Below, in pieces: positions 1 through 9,613 of a stretch of DNA of 64,000 nt. The position numbers and the translations under genes were made by a program. Below the pieces are notes generated by a model. The model was not told the origin of the DNA and searched no databases. It saw only the letters and a list, made by a program, of their open reading frames with translations. Every line of letters begins with the position of its first letter. Position 1 is the first letter of the stretch. Source of the stretch: Planctomycetota bacterium. GTDB taxonomy: Bacteria; Planctomycetota; B15-G4; SIAN01. The stretch lies in contig JANNXA010000030.1 in NCBI GenBank assembly GCA_031409275.1, positions 4,702-68,701 on the forward strand, in the 5' to 3' direction.

Positions 1-699
1 CGGGTGCTTGGCGGCCTCTTCCCACAGCTGACGTGCCTCGAAGGCGGCCGCAAGCCCGGCGCCACGCGCCAGCAGCAACGTGGTCGCTTCGGCGGTCACG
101 AAGCTCGAAGCCGCGATCGCCGACTGCCACGCCGGAAGTCGCCGCTCGGCGTCTTGCAGCGCGCGCATCAGCTCGGCCTGCCATTCCAGGCGCCAGCGGC
201 CAAGCGAATGCGCCACCATGAGCGCGCCCGCCAGCGCAATGCCGCTGTACATGAGCACCGACACGTTGAAGTCGAACGGCGCGCCGATCGTCAACGTCGT
301 GCCGCAGTGGCGCGCGACCGGCGACTCCGCATCGTTCGTGATGGCGATCGTCACGCACTGGGCCGCGCGCGCCTTCTGCACCAGCTCGACCACCTCGACG
401 CTACGACCGCTGCGCGAAAGGAAGAGCAGCGTGCCGCGTGGCGGAAGCGGCGCGAAGTGGAGCAGTTCGCCGGCGTCGGCGTTGCGCGCCGGGCGTCCCG
501 CCGCATCGCACAGCGCCTGCAAGGCATGCCCGCCGTGGTAGCTCGAACCCATCCCCGCGAACCACGGGCAGGCGGCGGCGCGCAGGAGCTCGGCGCCGCT
601 CGCGATCGCGTCGGCCTGGGGCGGCCGCATCAGGTTCGCGAGGAGTTCCTGAAGGCGGCGCGGCTCGGCGAGGACGTCCTGCAGGTAGCGCGAACTCAT
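1..699 (-). CDS. SIS-domain sugar isomerase/aminotransferase-like protein (partial, runs off the window start)
   Basis: Not in the ORF track. Manual translation from ATG 699 gives MSSRYLQDVLAEPRRL...FAGMGSSYH...LFLSRSGRSVEVV...IAITNDAESPVA, which has the SIS motifs GxGSS, SxSGxS and ITN..SP. Its start overlaps the upstream stop (TGATG). Confidence 0.85.
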   Translation of the reverse strand, partial: MSSRYLQDVLAEPRRLQELLANLMRPPQADAIASGAELLRAAACPWFAGMGSSYHGGHALQALCDAAGRPARNADAGELLHFAPLPPRGTLLFLSRSGRSVEVVELVQKARAAQCVTIAITNDAESPVARHCGTTLTIGAPFDFNVSVLMYSGIALAGALMVAHSLGRWRLEWQAELMRALQDAERRLPAWQSAIAASSFVTAEATTLLLARGAGLAAAFEARQLWEEAAKHP

Positions 700-1901
700 C
701 ACGTCCCTTCGTCGGCGAGTGCTTCGCCGCGCACCCGCGTCACCTCGCGCGCGAGCGCCGCGCGAAACTCGCCGAGATCGAAGCCGAATGGCCCGGGCTC
801 CGAACGGTAGGCGACGTTGCCGTCGGCGTCGATCAGCACCAGACGATCGGGCCACGCCTCGTAGGCACGATCGGCATCGTCCTCGAGCGTGTCGATGACC
901 GCCGGGATCGCATCGAGCCCGAGCGCCTGCTTGCAGTGGCGAGCGTTGGCGCACCGCTCATCGAGGGTTTGCGGCTCTTCCATGATCGTTCCGTCCGGAG
1001 TCGCCATCGGCCAGCTCGAGTCGACCGCATGCGCCTCGCGCAGATAGACCAGCCAGAAATCGACCGCTCGACTCGCGACCCGTTCAAGGTCACTCAGCCG
1101 ACCGGCTGAGCGGCTGAACGGGCCTCAGGTGAAGCTGCCGAAGATCAGCGCCATCGGTTTGCCGCGGCGCAGCTCGCTCAACCGCACCGGCGCGAGATCC
1201 TCGAGGCGCAACGCGGGGAAGTCGGGCGCCGGCTCGCGCTGGCCGTGCTCGATCCAGCCGACCTGCAACGGCGCGAGGCCCGGCATCCGCTCGCGCAGTT
1301 CGAGCATGCCGTCGCCCTGCGCATCGCGGCGCTCGAGCCACTGCGCGATCTCGGTTCGCGAGAGCAGTCGATCGCGGTCGGCGTCCATGCCGGCCAGCAG
1401 CGTGCCGAACCCGTCGACTCCGGGCGGCGCACCGCGTGCCAGCACCTCGTTGAACTCGGCGACGTCGACGCGACCGTCGCCATCACGATCGAGGCCGGCG
1501 AGCGCGGCGATCAGCGGTTCGATCGGCACGGAGGCCGCCTTCGCCCCACCCGCGAATCGAACCAGCAGGAGCGGAATGCCGAAGTCGGGCGGCAGCGCGC
1601 CATCGAGCGCGAAGTCTGCTTCGGATACGGCGCCGTCGCGATCGCGGTCGAGCTGCCCGAAGGGAGCGTCGCCGCGCGGATACTCGCCGCGCTCGATGCG
1701 GCCATCCTGGTCGGCGTCGTAGCGCTTCGCGAGTTCCTGCCACGCCTCGTGTCGATGAAGTCGATGCTCGGCAAGCGGGTCGCGCGTCGGCTCGGTCGGC
1801 GCGGGCGCGGAAGGCGTGCTGCAACCCCATAGAGCGACGGTCACGAGCGCCATCCACGAGATCCTCGTGCGAGGCGCGATCGAGCGTCGTTCACCATCCA
1901 T
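699..1901 (-). CDS. EF-hand + iodothyronine deiodinase-like lipoprotein, putative selenoprotein (in-frame UGA at 1125-1127, ~400 aa)
   Basis: ORFs 1125-1943 and 699-1007 share a frame. Reading through UGA gives KPMALIFGSFT-U-GPF...FWLVYLREAH...AVIDTLEDDADRAYEAWPDRLVLID, the deiodinase/thioredoxin-fold motifs. Five DxDxDG-type EF-hand loops and a lipobox-like LWGC are present. Start codon uncertain. Confidence 0.85.
1092..1111 (-). promoter_or_regulatory. Putative bacterial SECIS element
   Basis: mRNA reads UGA, then 13-14 nt, then (G)CUCAGCC-GGUC-GGCUGAG(U): a perfect 7-bp stem with a G-first, GU-containing apical loop. Confidence 0.75.
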
Positions 1902-1976
1902 CGCCAGCTCTCCAGCGCGCGCCGGCGAAGCAAGGTGCGGCACGCGAGGAGGAATCGTAGCCCGGCCGCCGCGGCG

Positions 1977-4274
1977 TCAGTTCCGCGGCCGGAGGCGCAG
2001 CAATTCGCCTCCGACGACGGTCGGCGCTTCCACGAGCGGCGGGACCGGCCCGATGTCGGGCGTGCGATAGAAGGAGCCGTCGGGCAGCGTCAACGCGTCG
2101 GCTTGCGCCGGATCGAGACCGGGTGGAATCGACCCCGCCGGCAGCAGGAGCAGTTCGCGCTCGATCGTCTTCACCACGTAGCCGCTTCCGAGCGGCCCGA
2201 GAGCGACGCCGTCCGCGAGGCTGAAGATCGGCGCGTCGTGGTCGGGCTGGCCGTCGATGTCGGTGTCGACCGGCTGGTACGGGATGCCGAAGAGCTGGCC
2301 ATCGCCGCGGTACTCGAGCAGGAACTGGACGCCGTCGTAGGTGCTGTCGCCGTTGGCGTCATTCGCCGTCGAGTGCGTGTAGGGAAACTGCAACGGCGCA
2401 TCGAGGACGAGGGTGGCACCCGTCGAGTCGGTGAGGCCGAACCACCAGTTCCATTCGTTGGCGCCGGTCTCCCACACGTAGTAGGTGGCTGCGTCGAAGA
2501 TCTCCTCGTTGGTCTGCAACGAGGTGGTGTCGACCACCAGAGGTCCGCTGCGCATGCCTTTGACGAACGGGCCGCTGGCGGGAATTTCGCCATTGGCGAG
2601 GCCGACCGGCGAGAGCTGCTGGAAGGTGTCGAGCGTGCGCAGCGTCCGATCGGCGCGATCGAAGACGTAGGTGTACGGTGACCCCGGATTGTTCGCCGGC
2701 GGAAAGAAGACGTCGCCCGCTTCCGCTTCGAGCGCCGTGATCCCGGGCCGGAGCGCGTCGAGCAGCGCATAGAGGTTCAGCGTGCTCTGCGCTTTGAACA
2801 GCGAGTCGTCACCGCTCACGACTCGTTCGGTGTACCACGACAGGTCGGGCGAGCCGAGTCGCACCGCGCAGTTGCCGCCGAAGCGCTTCGAGCGCAGCCG
2901 CAGCACGAACCAGGCGTCGAGCGGCACCGCAAACGGCGAGATCGGCGTGAAGGCGCCGGCGACCGGATCGAAGATCTCGACGGCGATGAAGTCGACACCG
3001 TCGCAGACCAGGCGATACGTGACGGGCCCATTGCTCTGCGGGGTCCACGGTTCGTCCCATTCGAAGATCGTGCCGGCGAGCGTCGAGATCGGCGTCGTGT
3101 TGCGAGTCAGCTCGATCAGCCGGCCGGGCGCGACGCGCAGTTCGAGCGGCTTGGGGTCGAGCCCGCCGCCCGGCAGCTCTTCCTGCGCGAACTCGCCGTC
3201 CACGACGATCTCACCGTTCGGGCGGTGCAGTCCGTAGTAGTCGAGGAATGCCTGCGAGCCGCTTTCGAGGCGGATCGGCACGCCGGTCCGCAGTCGAACG
3301 CGCTCGCCGAGGGTCCCGAGACGCGCGTCATCGACGTAGAGGTTGTAGCGCAGGCTGCAACTGCCGAAGGCGTCGCGCTGCAGCGCAACGACGGGTCCCT
3401 GGTCCTCCTGCCGCACCAGCGTCGTCGCATCGAACGCCAGCCGGACCAGCTTGGGGACGACGCCGCTGTCGCCGTTGAAAGGGTCGTTGCGGCGTTCGAG
3501 ACGCGAGATGGCCGCGAAGCCGCTCGACTGGTCGACGGCAAGGTCGACGCGCACCTGCGTCAGCTCGTGGTGGTCGCCCACCAACGGCAGCTGGCCGAGA
3601 TCCCCGCGCAGGAAGAAGAGGTCGTAGCCGAATCGTCCAACGACCGGCGGCCGCGTCGCGATGAGCCCGCAGTACTGCGCGTCCTTCGGGTTGCCGTTCT
3701 GCGCCGTGCCGGCGAAGTTCATGTGGAAGGCGCCGAACGGATTCGAGGCCGTCGGAGCCGCGAAGACGTCGAGGCGCGAGAAGAGCGTCGTGGGCGGCAG
3801 CAGACCGCCGCCTTCTTCCTGCGTCGGAACCCAGAACTCGACGCGTTGCGGATCCTGGATCGTCGGACGCAAGCTCCGCACGATCCACTCTTCGAGCTGG
3901 CGCCCGCCGCCCGCCTGGTTCAACGGACCACCGCCGGTCGCGCACAAGCCCGGGTCGATCTGCGCGAGGTAGAGGCCGTCGTTGGTGAGCGCCTCGTAGC
4001 GCGACTGCGCCAGCAGGCAGAGGACCTCGTTCACTTTCTCGATCTGCTTCAGCGCCCCGTCGTAGACGAACTGGTGGACGCCGTCGGTGAAGTACTCGGC
4101 ATCCGCCGGGAACTGCGACACGCCAAGCGTATGGAGCGACGCCGCCACGAGGTCGGGATCGGCGGTCACGACCGAGACACTCGGTGGAGCGATGAGACCT
4201 TCGATGCTCCCGTTCGGATCGGTCGGTGCGCAGCCTGCCAGCGCGAGCAGCAGCCCGAGCACGAACGGGGTCAT
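1977..4274 (-). CDS. Large uncharacterised lipoprotein (~765 aa)
   Basis: Signal MTPFVLGLLLALAGC (lipobox) followed by a globular, beta-rich sequence. The ORF-track extension to 5378 is antisense to the porin gene. Confidence 0.7.
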   Translation of the reverse strand: MTPFVLGLLLALAGCAPTDPNGSIEGLIAPPSVSVVTADPDLVAASLHTLGVSQFPADAEYFTDGVHQFVYDGALKQIEKVNEVLCLLAQSRYEALTNDGLYLAQIDPGLCATGGGPLNQAGGGRQLEEWIVRSLRPTIQDPQRVEFWVPTQEEGGGLLPPTTLFSRLDVFAAPTASNPFGAFHMNFAGTAQNGNPKDAQYCGLIATRPPVVGRFGYDLFFLRGDLGQLPLVGDHHELTQVRVDLAVDQSSGFAAISRLERRNDPFNGDSGVVPKLVRLAFDATTLVRQEDQGPVVALQRDAFGSCSLRYNLYVDDARLGTLGERVRLRTGVPIRLESGSQAFLDYYGLHRPNGEIVVDGEFAQEELPGGGLDPKPLELRVAPGRLIELTRNTTPISTLAGTIFEWDEPWTPQSNGPVTYRLVCDGVDFIAVEIFDPVAGAFTPISPFAVPLDAWFVLRLRSKRFGGNCAVRLGSPDLSWYTERVVSGDDSLFKAQSTLNLYALLDALRPGITALEAEAGDVFFPPANNPGSPYTYVFDRADRTLRTLDTFQQLSPVGLANGEIPASGPFVKGMRSGPLVVDTTSLQTNEEIFDAATYYVWETGANEWNWWFGLTDSTGATLVLDAPLQFPYTHSTANDANGDSTYDGVQFLLEYRGDGQLFGIPYQPVDTDIDGQPDHDAPIFSLADGVALGPLGSGYVVKTIERELLLLPAGSIPPGLDPAQADALTLPDGSFYRTPDIGPVPPLVEAPTVVGGELLRLRPRN

Positions 4275-4457
4275 TAGACGAACGGCGAATCGCGCCCACG
4301 CGGCGACGGCGGCGCTGGCCTGCGGAGCTTCGGTCACGGCGTCTCTCCTCGGGCTTCCTGAAGCCCCGATCGACACCTGAAGCGCTCCTGGTTGAGTCTG
4401 AAGCGCAAGTTCTTCGCGATCCGCGTCGATATCGCGGAGGAGACCCAGGAGATGTGC

Positions 4458-5903
4458 ATGAGGATCGGATCGATCGCGCTCGCAGGAGCGTTGGTGGCGA
4501 CATCGGCTCGCGGGCAGTCCGCCGGCGATGCCGACGCCGTTCAACGCATCGAGCGGCGCATGCGCGAGCTCGAGCGCGCCTGGCGCCTCGAACCGGCGGC
4601 AGGTGCCACCATCGCGGAGCGTGCGCTCTTCGACTGGGGCGGGTCGATCGGCTTCTCGCTGTACGGCATCGACGACGCCGAGAGCAAATCGCACACGTTG
4701 CGTCAGACCGACGCGCGCGCCTGGACGAAGGTGGAACTCGACGGTCGCCATCGCTTCTTCGCTCGGCTCAAGCTGCGTTACGACGACTGGAACGCGGGCG
4801 ACGACTTCGACGGGCAGGGAGACGACCTGCGCGAGCCGATCGGTGAACGCTGGTGGTACGAGTTCGATGCTGCCGGCAGCGCCGCGGCGGCCGACGGGTG
4901 GAACCTGAACGCCCGCGTCGGCAAGCAGCACCTCGAGATCGGCAACGGCGTGGCGCTGTCGGCGACGCTCATCGGCGCGCGGGTCGAGCTGTCGCTCGGG
5001 AGCTTCGTGCTCGGCGTGCTGGCGGCGGACACCCCGGCCAACGACTTCGTCGACTTCGACGCCTCGCGCCCGAGCTTCGACACCAACACCAAGCGCCGCT
5101 TCCTCGCCGCGACGCTCGAACGGCGCGGTGGCGCGGTGACGCCATTCGCCCACGTGGTGCGTCAGATCGATCGCAACGATCGCGACTTCGCCACGTTCCA
5201 GGACGGGCTCGGTCAGCTCTACGACACTTCGTTCGACTACGACTCGACCTACTTCGGCGCCGGCGCGCGCGGGCCGCTCGGGGAGCAATCGACGTGGCGC
5301 GTCGAGCTCGACCTCGAGTCGGGCCGCGCGCTGTCGAGCCCGATCAGCGCCGCGGGCGCGCCGACCACGCAATCGCACGAGTCGATCGATGCGTTCGCGC
5401 TGGCCGGCGGTGCCTCGTGGATGTTCGGCGACGCGCGAGCGAGCCGCGTCGACCTCGACTTCGTCGTGGCTTCAGGCGACTCCGATCGACTCGACTCCGC
5501 CGACACCTTCGCCGGCAACGTCACCGGCAGCGTCGATCGCGCGTGGAACGGGTTCGGATTCCTGGACACCGGCATCGCGCTGGCGCCCGACCCGAGCAAC
5601 CTCGCGACGCTCGAACTCGCGCTCGAGACCTCGCCCTTCTCGGGCGACGAGAGCTGGCGGCGACTGCGTGCGCTGGCGAGCCTCTACCTCTTCGGGAAGC
5701 TCGATCCCGACGCGCCGATCAACCTGCCGACCGTAGACAAGCGCTTCGTCGGCGCCGAACTCGACATCGGCTGCGAATGGAACATCCGCTCCGACCTGAC
5801 CTTCTCGATGCGTTACGGCCTCTTCATGCCGGGCAGCGCGATGCCGCCGGGCGAGGACGGCTCGCGCCAGATCCTCTACGGAGGGGTGACCTATGCGTTT
5901 TGA
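4458..5903 (+). CDS. Outer-membrane beta-barrel protein (alginate-export/porin-like)
   Basis: AGGAG RBS at 4447-4451, signal peptide, alternating amphipathic strands, C-terminal GGVTYAF (terminal Phe). Confidence 0.7.
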   Translation: MRIGSIALAGALVATSARGQSAGDADAVQRIERRMRELERAWRLEPAAGATIAERALFDWGGSIGFSLYGIDDAESKSHTLRQTDARAWTKVELDGRHRFFARLKLRYDDWNAGDDFDGQGDDLREPIGERWWYEFDAAGSAAAADGWNLNARVGKQHLEIGNGVALSATLIGARVELSLGSFVLGVLAADTPANDFVDFDASRPSFDTNTKRRFLAATLERRGGAVTPFAHVVRQIDRNDRDFATFQDGLGQLYDTSFDYDSTYFGAGARGPLGEQSTWRVELDLESGRALSSPISAAGAPTTQSHESIDAFALAGGASWMFGDARASRVDLDFVVASGDSDRLDSADTFAGNVTGSVDRAWNGFGFLDTGIALAPDPSNLATLELALETSPFSGDESWRRLRALASLYLFGKLDPDAPINLPTVDKRFVGAELDIGCEWNIRSDLTFSMRYGLFMPGSAMPPGEDGSRQILYGGVTYAF

Positions 5904-6414
5904 AGTCGTGGCCGCCACGCTGCTGTTGACGTGGTGCGGCGCGGGCTGCGGCTCGCCGCCTCGTCTCGGTCGGACGCTGCTCGCGCAACCATCGATGGTC
6001 GCCGACGAGCTCGCGTTCTGGCAGGCGCTCGAGGGCGAAGCGCGCGTCACGAACGACGACGCGTTGCACGGGCTGCTGTTGCTGGCCGATGGCAGCGATG
6101 CGCATGCGAGCTTCGCGGCGCGCGTAGTCACCGCGCAGGCACGCGGGTGGATCGCGCCCGACGCGGCGCTCGATGCCGATGGCGTGGCGAGTGTCGGCAT
6201 GGTCAGCGTTGCCGTCTGTGATCTGCTGGCGCTGGAGGGCGGGGTGACGCGCCGATTCGCCCCGAAGTCGCCGCGCTACTGCACCCGCGAGCTCGTCTTT
6301 CGCGGGCTGCTGCCGGAGCGCACTGCGCAGCAGGGAATGCGTGGACTCGAACTCATCGACCTGGCCGGCCGCGTCGAGGACGCGCGCCTGGCGATGGCGG
6401 GAGAAAAGTCGTGA
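5893..6414 (+). CDS. Hypothetical lipoprotein
   Basis: Hydrophobic N-terminus with GAGC lipobox; overlaps both neighbours as in an operon. Confidence 0.65.
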   Translation: MRFEVVAATLLLTWCGAGCGSPPRLGRTLLAQPSMVADELAFWQALEGEARVTNDDALHGLLLLADGSDAHASFAARVVTAQARGWIAPDAALDADGVASVGMVSVAVCDLLALEGGVTRRFAPKSPRYCTRELVFRGLLPERTAQQGMRGLELIDLAGRVEDARLAMAGEKS

Positions 6415-7265
6415 TGGCCCTCCTCGCCACGCTCCTGACCGTGCTCGCGTCGCACAGCGCACAGGGCGCTCCGCCGACACCAGCACCAACGCCCACCACA
6501 CCGACCACGCCGGTCGTTGCACCGGTCGTTGCACCGCTTCCGCAAGGACCACCGCAGAAGCTGCAGGCTCTGGTGATCGACGTCGATGGCCGATCGGAGT
6601 GGCGCGCCGCCGGGGCTGAGAAGTGGAACGTCGCGGCGGTGAACGACCTCCTCGATGCCGGGTGCGAGATCCGGACCGGGCTGCGGTCGACGCTGGCCTT
6701 GCGCGTCGGCAAGAACGCGACGCTGCTGGTCGCGCGATCGAGCCGCATCGAGCTGCCGGTGATCGTGCAGGACGGCGAGGTGCTGCGCACGCGGGCCGCC
6801 GTCTATCGCGGCAAATGCGACTTCAAGGTCGAGGCGGTCGGCGTCACCAGCGACTTCCAGGTGTTGACGCCTTCCGCGACGCTGGCCGTACGCGGTACGG
6901 GCTTCTGCGTGGAATGGGGCGCGCTCGCCGGACTCGAAGTGACCGGCGTCGACACCAATCGCATTCGCGCGATCGAGGTGAGCTACGCCGAATCGCAGCA
7001 CGCCGTCTTCGTCTCCGGCGGCGGCAGCACCACGTCTCAGCTACCCGAACCGGTGCAGGTCGCGCTCTTCCACACCGTCTTCCCGCCGCCGAGCCCCGAT
7101 CGTCAAGTGCGGGACGATCGCCGCGACCCGAACGGTCGTCCGCCGCTGCCGCCGTTCCATCAGGACTTCCGACGCCAGCAACAGACTCACCATGGCGGCA
7201 GCGACATCGGGAAGGACGTCAACAGCGGCCAAGGCTCGCCCGGGATTCCACCCGTGCACGGGTAG
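6411..7265 (+). CDS. FecR-domain secreted protein
   Basis: Signal peptide, Pro/Thr linker, then EIRTGLRS...FQVLTPSATLAVRGTGF, the typical FecR TPxAxxxVRGTxF motif. Confidence 0.8.
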   Translation: MMALLATLLTVLASHSAQGAPPTPAPTPTTPTTPVVAPVVAPLPQGPPQKLQALVIDVDGRSEWRAAGAEKWNVAAVNDLLDAGCEIRTGLRSTLALRVGKNATLLVARSSRIELPVIVQDGEVLRTRAAVYRGKCDFKVEAVGVTSDFQVLTPSATLAVRGTGFCVEWGALAGLEVTGVDTNRIRAIEVSYAESQHAVFVSGGGSTTSQLPEPVQVALFHTVFPPPSPDRQVRDDRRDPNGRPPLPPFHQDFRRQQQTHHGGSDIGKDVNSGQGSPGIPPVHG

Positions 7266-7319
7266 TCGCCGGGGCGAGCGTCGCACGCTTGCCAGATGCT
7301 CCGCCGGCGTCGAACGCGT

Positions 7320-7787
7320 TCAGCGGAGGCACGACGAGCAGGCGACGTCGACCTGCGCGAGACGGATGTACTCGAGCGTCTCGATGAAGACCGAATACGA
7401 AGTGCCGCACGTCGGCTTGACGAACTCGTAGAGAACCGAGCCGGTGGTGGCGAAGCCAGCCGTCTGGGTCCAGGTGTTCTCGTGGTAGTAGGACAAGCAA
7501 GTACCGCCGAAGCCCAGCCGAACGGTGAACTTGCAAGCAGTGGCCGGGAGGCACGACATCAGGTCGCAAGTGCCGCTCTGCACCTGGGACAGTGTGATCG
7601 AAACGTCCGAGCTGCAGTTGGGCGCGCCACCGAACGAGTAAGGCGTCGACGACGCCGTGCAGCCGGTGCAATCGGCCGGCGCGATGGGCGCCACCGGCGC
7701 GAGCGGTGCCATCGGCGTCCTAGCCGGCAGTGCGAACGCGAACGCACTGGCCGCCAGCATCGAAGCGACGAAAACGGGGAGCTTCAT
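7320..7787 (-). CDS. Small secreted Cys-rich protein
   Basis: GAGGAG RBS, signal MKLPVFVASMLAASAFAFA, 10 Cys including CTGC and CSSC. Confidence 0.7.
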   Translation of the reverse strand: MKLPVFVASMLAASAFAFALPARTPMAPLAPVAPIAPADCTGCTASSTPYSFGGAPNCSSDVSITLSQVQSGTCDLMSCLPATACKFTVRLGFGGTCLSYYHENTWTQTAGFATTGSVLYEFVKPTCGTSYSVFIETLEYIRLAQVDVACSSCLR

Positions 7788-7828
7788 CTCGATCTCCTCA
7801 ACTTGGTCACGGGTCGAGGCCGGGGGGA

Positions 7829-8533
7829 TCAACGAGCACGGAGAGTGCTGAAGAAGTCCTTCACTTCGCCATCGAGTTCTTCCTCGATGGCGCGCTGGAT
7901 CTCGTAAGTGGCGTCGAGCTCGGGGTACTCGTCACGTTTGATCGTGTAGACGAGCGACTTGCCGTCGCGGCAGACGAGCCCGCTGACCAGCGTGTCGCCG
8001 AACGGACGAGCCGTTGCGACGGTTCCTTGCGGCAGCTCTTCGACATCGTTTCGCTCGAGCTTCGCGGCGCAGATGTCCTCTTGCAGGATCTCGCGAACGA
8101 CGAGCGCTTCGAGCAGGTCGTCGCGATGATCCTCGATCATCTCCGCCAATCGAGTCATCTGCTCCGGCGACAGGACGAGGCCATCGGGATTCATCCGCGG
8201 ACTGGCCACGATCGCGTCGGCGCCCGGAAGCGCTTCGCTCGGCCTCGATTGGAGCAGGACGCGCATCGTCCTCTCGCGTTGCGCGGGGTCGAACCGATCG
8301 GCGGCTGACGCCACCACGACGGCTCCCTGATCGGCTTTCTGCTGGGTCGACCCGGTTGCCGCCGCGTCGGCGTTCAAGACTGCGTCCACGGGCAGGGGCA
8401 TCGTGTTCGGCTCGACCACGGCTTCGGTCGAGGCCGCCGGCGGGGCCATCACGACGTTGCGCGAACCGCTGCCGACGAGGTAGCCGACCAAGAGCCCTGC
8501 GATCATCGAAAGGACGATGCCGAAGTTCTTCAT
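7829..8533 (-). CDS. Hypothetical N-terminally membrane-anchored protein
   Basis: N-terminal TM segment MKNFGIVLSMIAGLLVGYLVG, coding-like composition. Confidence 0.65.
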   Translation of the reverse strand: MKNFGIVLSMIAGLLVGYLVGSGSRNVVMAPPAASTEAVVEPNTMPLPVDAVLNADAAATGSTQQKADQGAVVVASAADRFDPAQRERTMRVLLQSRPSEALPGADAIVASPRMNPDGLVLSPEQMTRLAEMIEDHRDDLLEALVVREILQEDICAAKLERNDVEELPQGTVATARPFGDTLVSGLVCRDGKSLVYTIKRDEYPELDATYEIQRAIEEELDGEVKDFFSTLRAR

Positions 8534-8680
8534 GAGATCCGCCCGGCGAGTGTGAGGCCAACGGCCTTCCGCAACTGTCGCCAGTAACTAGCACGCGCCC
8601 GAACGACGCGATACCGCGACTTGTCGCACGCGTTAGCGGGATTCACCGACCTTCAACAGGGTTTTCACCGTTTGCGACGT

Positions 8681-9613
8681 TCATCGATCAGGCTTTTCCA
8701 GCGCAACGACGATCGCCGCACGGCGCGCTCCCGTCCGCAACGCGAGTTGCAGCGACTTGCGCGGCTCGAACACGATCGTCTCGACGAACACGTGCGTCGT
8801 CGCTTCGGCGACGTCGCTCCACGCGACGGTGCCCGCGCGATCGAAGGCGATGTCATGCACGATCAGTTCGCCGAAGCCGTTGTCGTCCGTCGGCGGCGTC
8901 TCCTGACCGACCAGCAACGCTTCGTGTTCCGCCAGCAGCACGTTGAAGCACTTCGGGCCTGCCTTCGGCGTCGCCGCGTACACCAACGTCGCCACCGGCG
9001 TGTGTTTGGCCAGCTCGAGTCGCTGCGCGAGCCACACCGACGGCAGCTTGAACCAGTCGACGGTCGCACCACTGACCTTCTTGCTGGCGCCCCCCACGAT
9101 CGTCAGCGGCACCGTCAAGCGGTCCGCGCCGAAGGTGACGGTGATGGCCAGCGCGCGCAGCTCCGGGTCGACCTGCTCGGTGGCCGGCCTGGCCGTGATC
9201 TCGAGCGCGCGGCTTGGCGGCTCGGCGCGAGTCAACGTCCCGAGCACCGCGAGGTGATCACCCCCCGCGGCGGCCCACCGGCCAGCGCCATCGAGCTGCA
9301 GCTGCAGTCGCTGCGCGTCGGGTCGCGCGATCCAGGCCCGGTAGTGGCCCGGCGCGATGACGCTCTCCTCGGTGATCAGCGGTGCCGACGTCTGCAGCGT
9401 CGTGATCGCCCCGCCCCCGAGTCGCCACGTCTCGCCGACGCGCAGCTCTTCGAGCGTGTGCTTGCCGGCGCTGACGACTCCGTAGTCGAGGAGCGCTGCG
9501 TGCCCCTGCCAGTCGACCTTCGCCTGCGCGCGCGACTCCATGCGCGCGGGCACGATCGCGAGCAGCGCCGCAAGCACGGCGACGGCCGCGCCCGTCGCGG
9601 CGTCGAGCCTCAC
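8681..9613 (-). CDS. DUF2911-like secreted protein
   Basis: GTG start overlaps the upstream stop (GTGA). LDYG...ETWRLGGGAITTL...IAPGHY resembles the DUF2911 WRxGANxAT/PGxY pattern. Confidence 0.55.
   Translation of the reverse strand: MRLDAATGAAVAVLAALLAIVPARMESRAQAKVDWQGHAALLDYGVVSAGKHTLEELRVGETWRLGGGAITTLQTSAPLITEESVIAPGHYRAWIARPDAQRLQLQLDGAGRWAAAGGDHLAVLGTLTRAEPPSRALEITARPATEQVDPELRALAITVTFGADRLTVPLTIVGGASKKVSGATVDWFKLPSVWLAQRLELAKHTPVATLVYAATPKAGPKCFNVLLAEHEALLVGQETPPTDDNGFGELIVHDIAFDRAGTVAWSDVAEATTHVFVETIVFEPRKSLQLALRTGARRAAIVVALEKPDR

Noticed and set aside
6470-6540. Short tandem repeats (CCGACC/ACGCC units; CCGGTCGTTGCA x2), also poly-Gly near 47460-47510
   Set aside because: They encode low-complexity protein linkers; no repeat-spacer structure, so not CRISPR.
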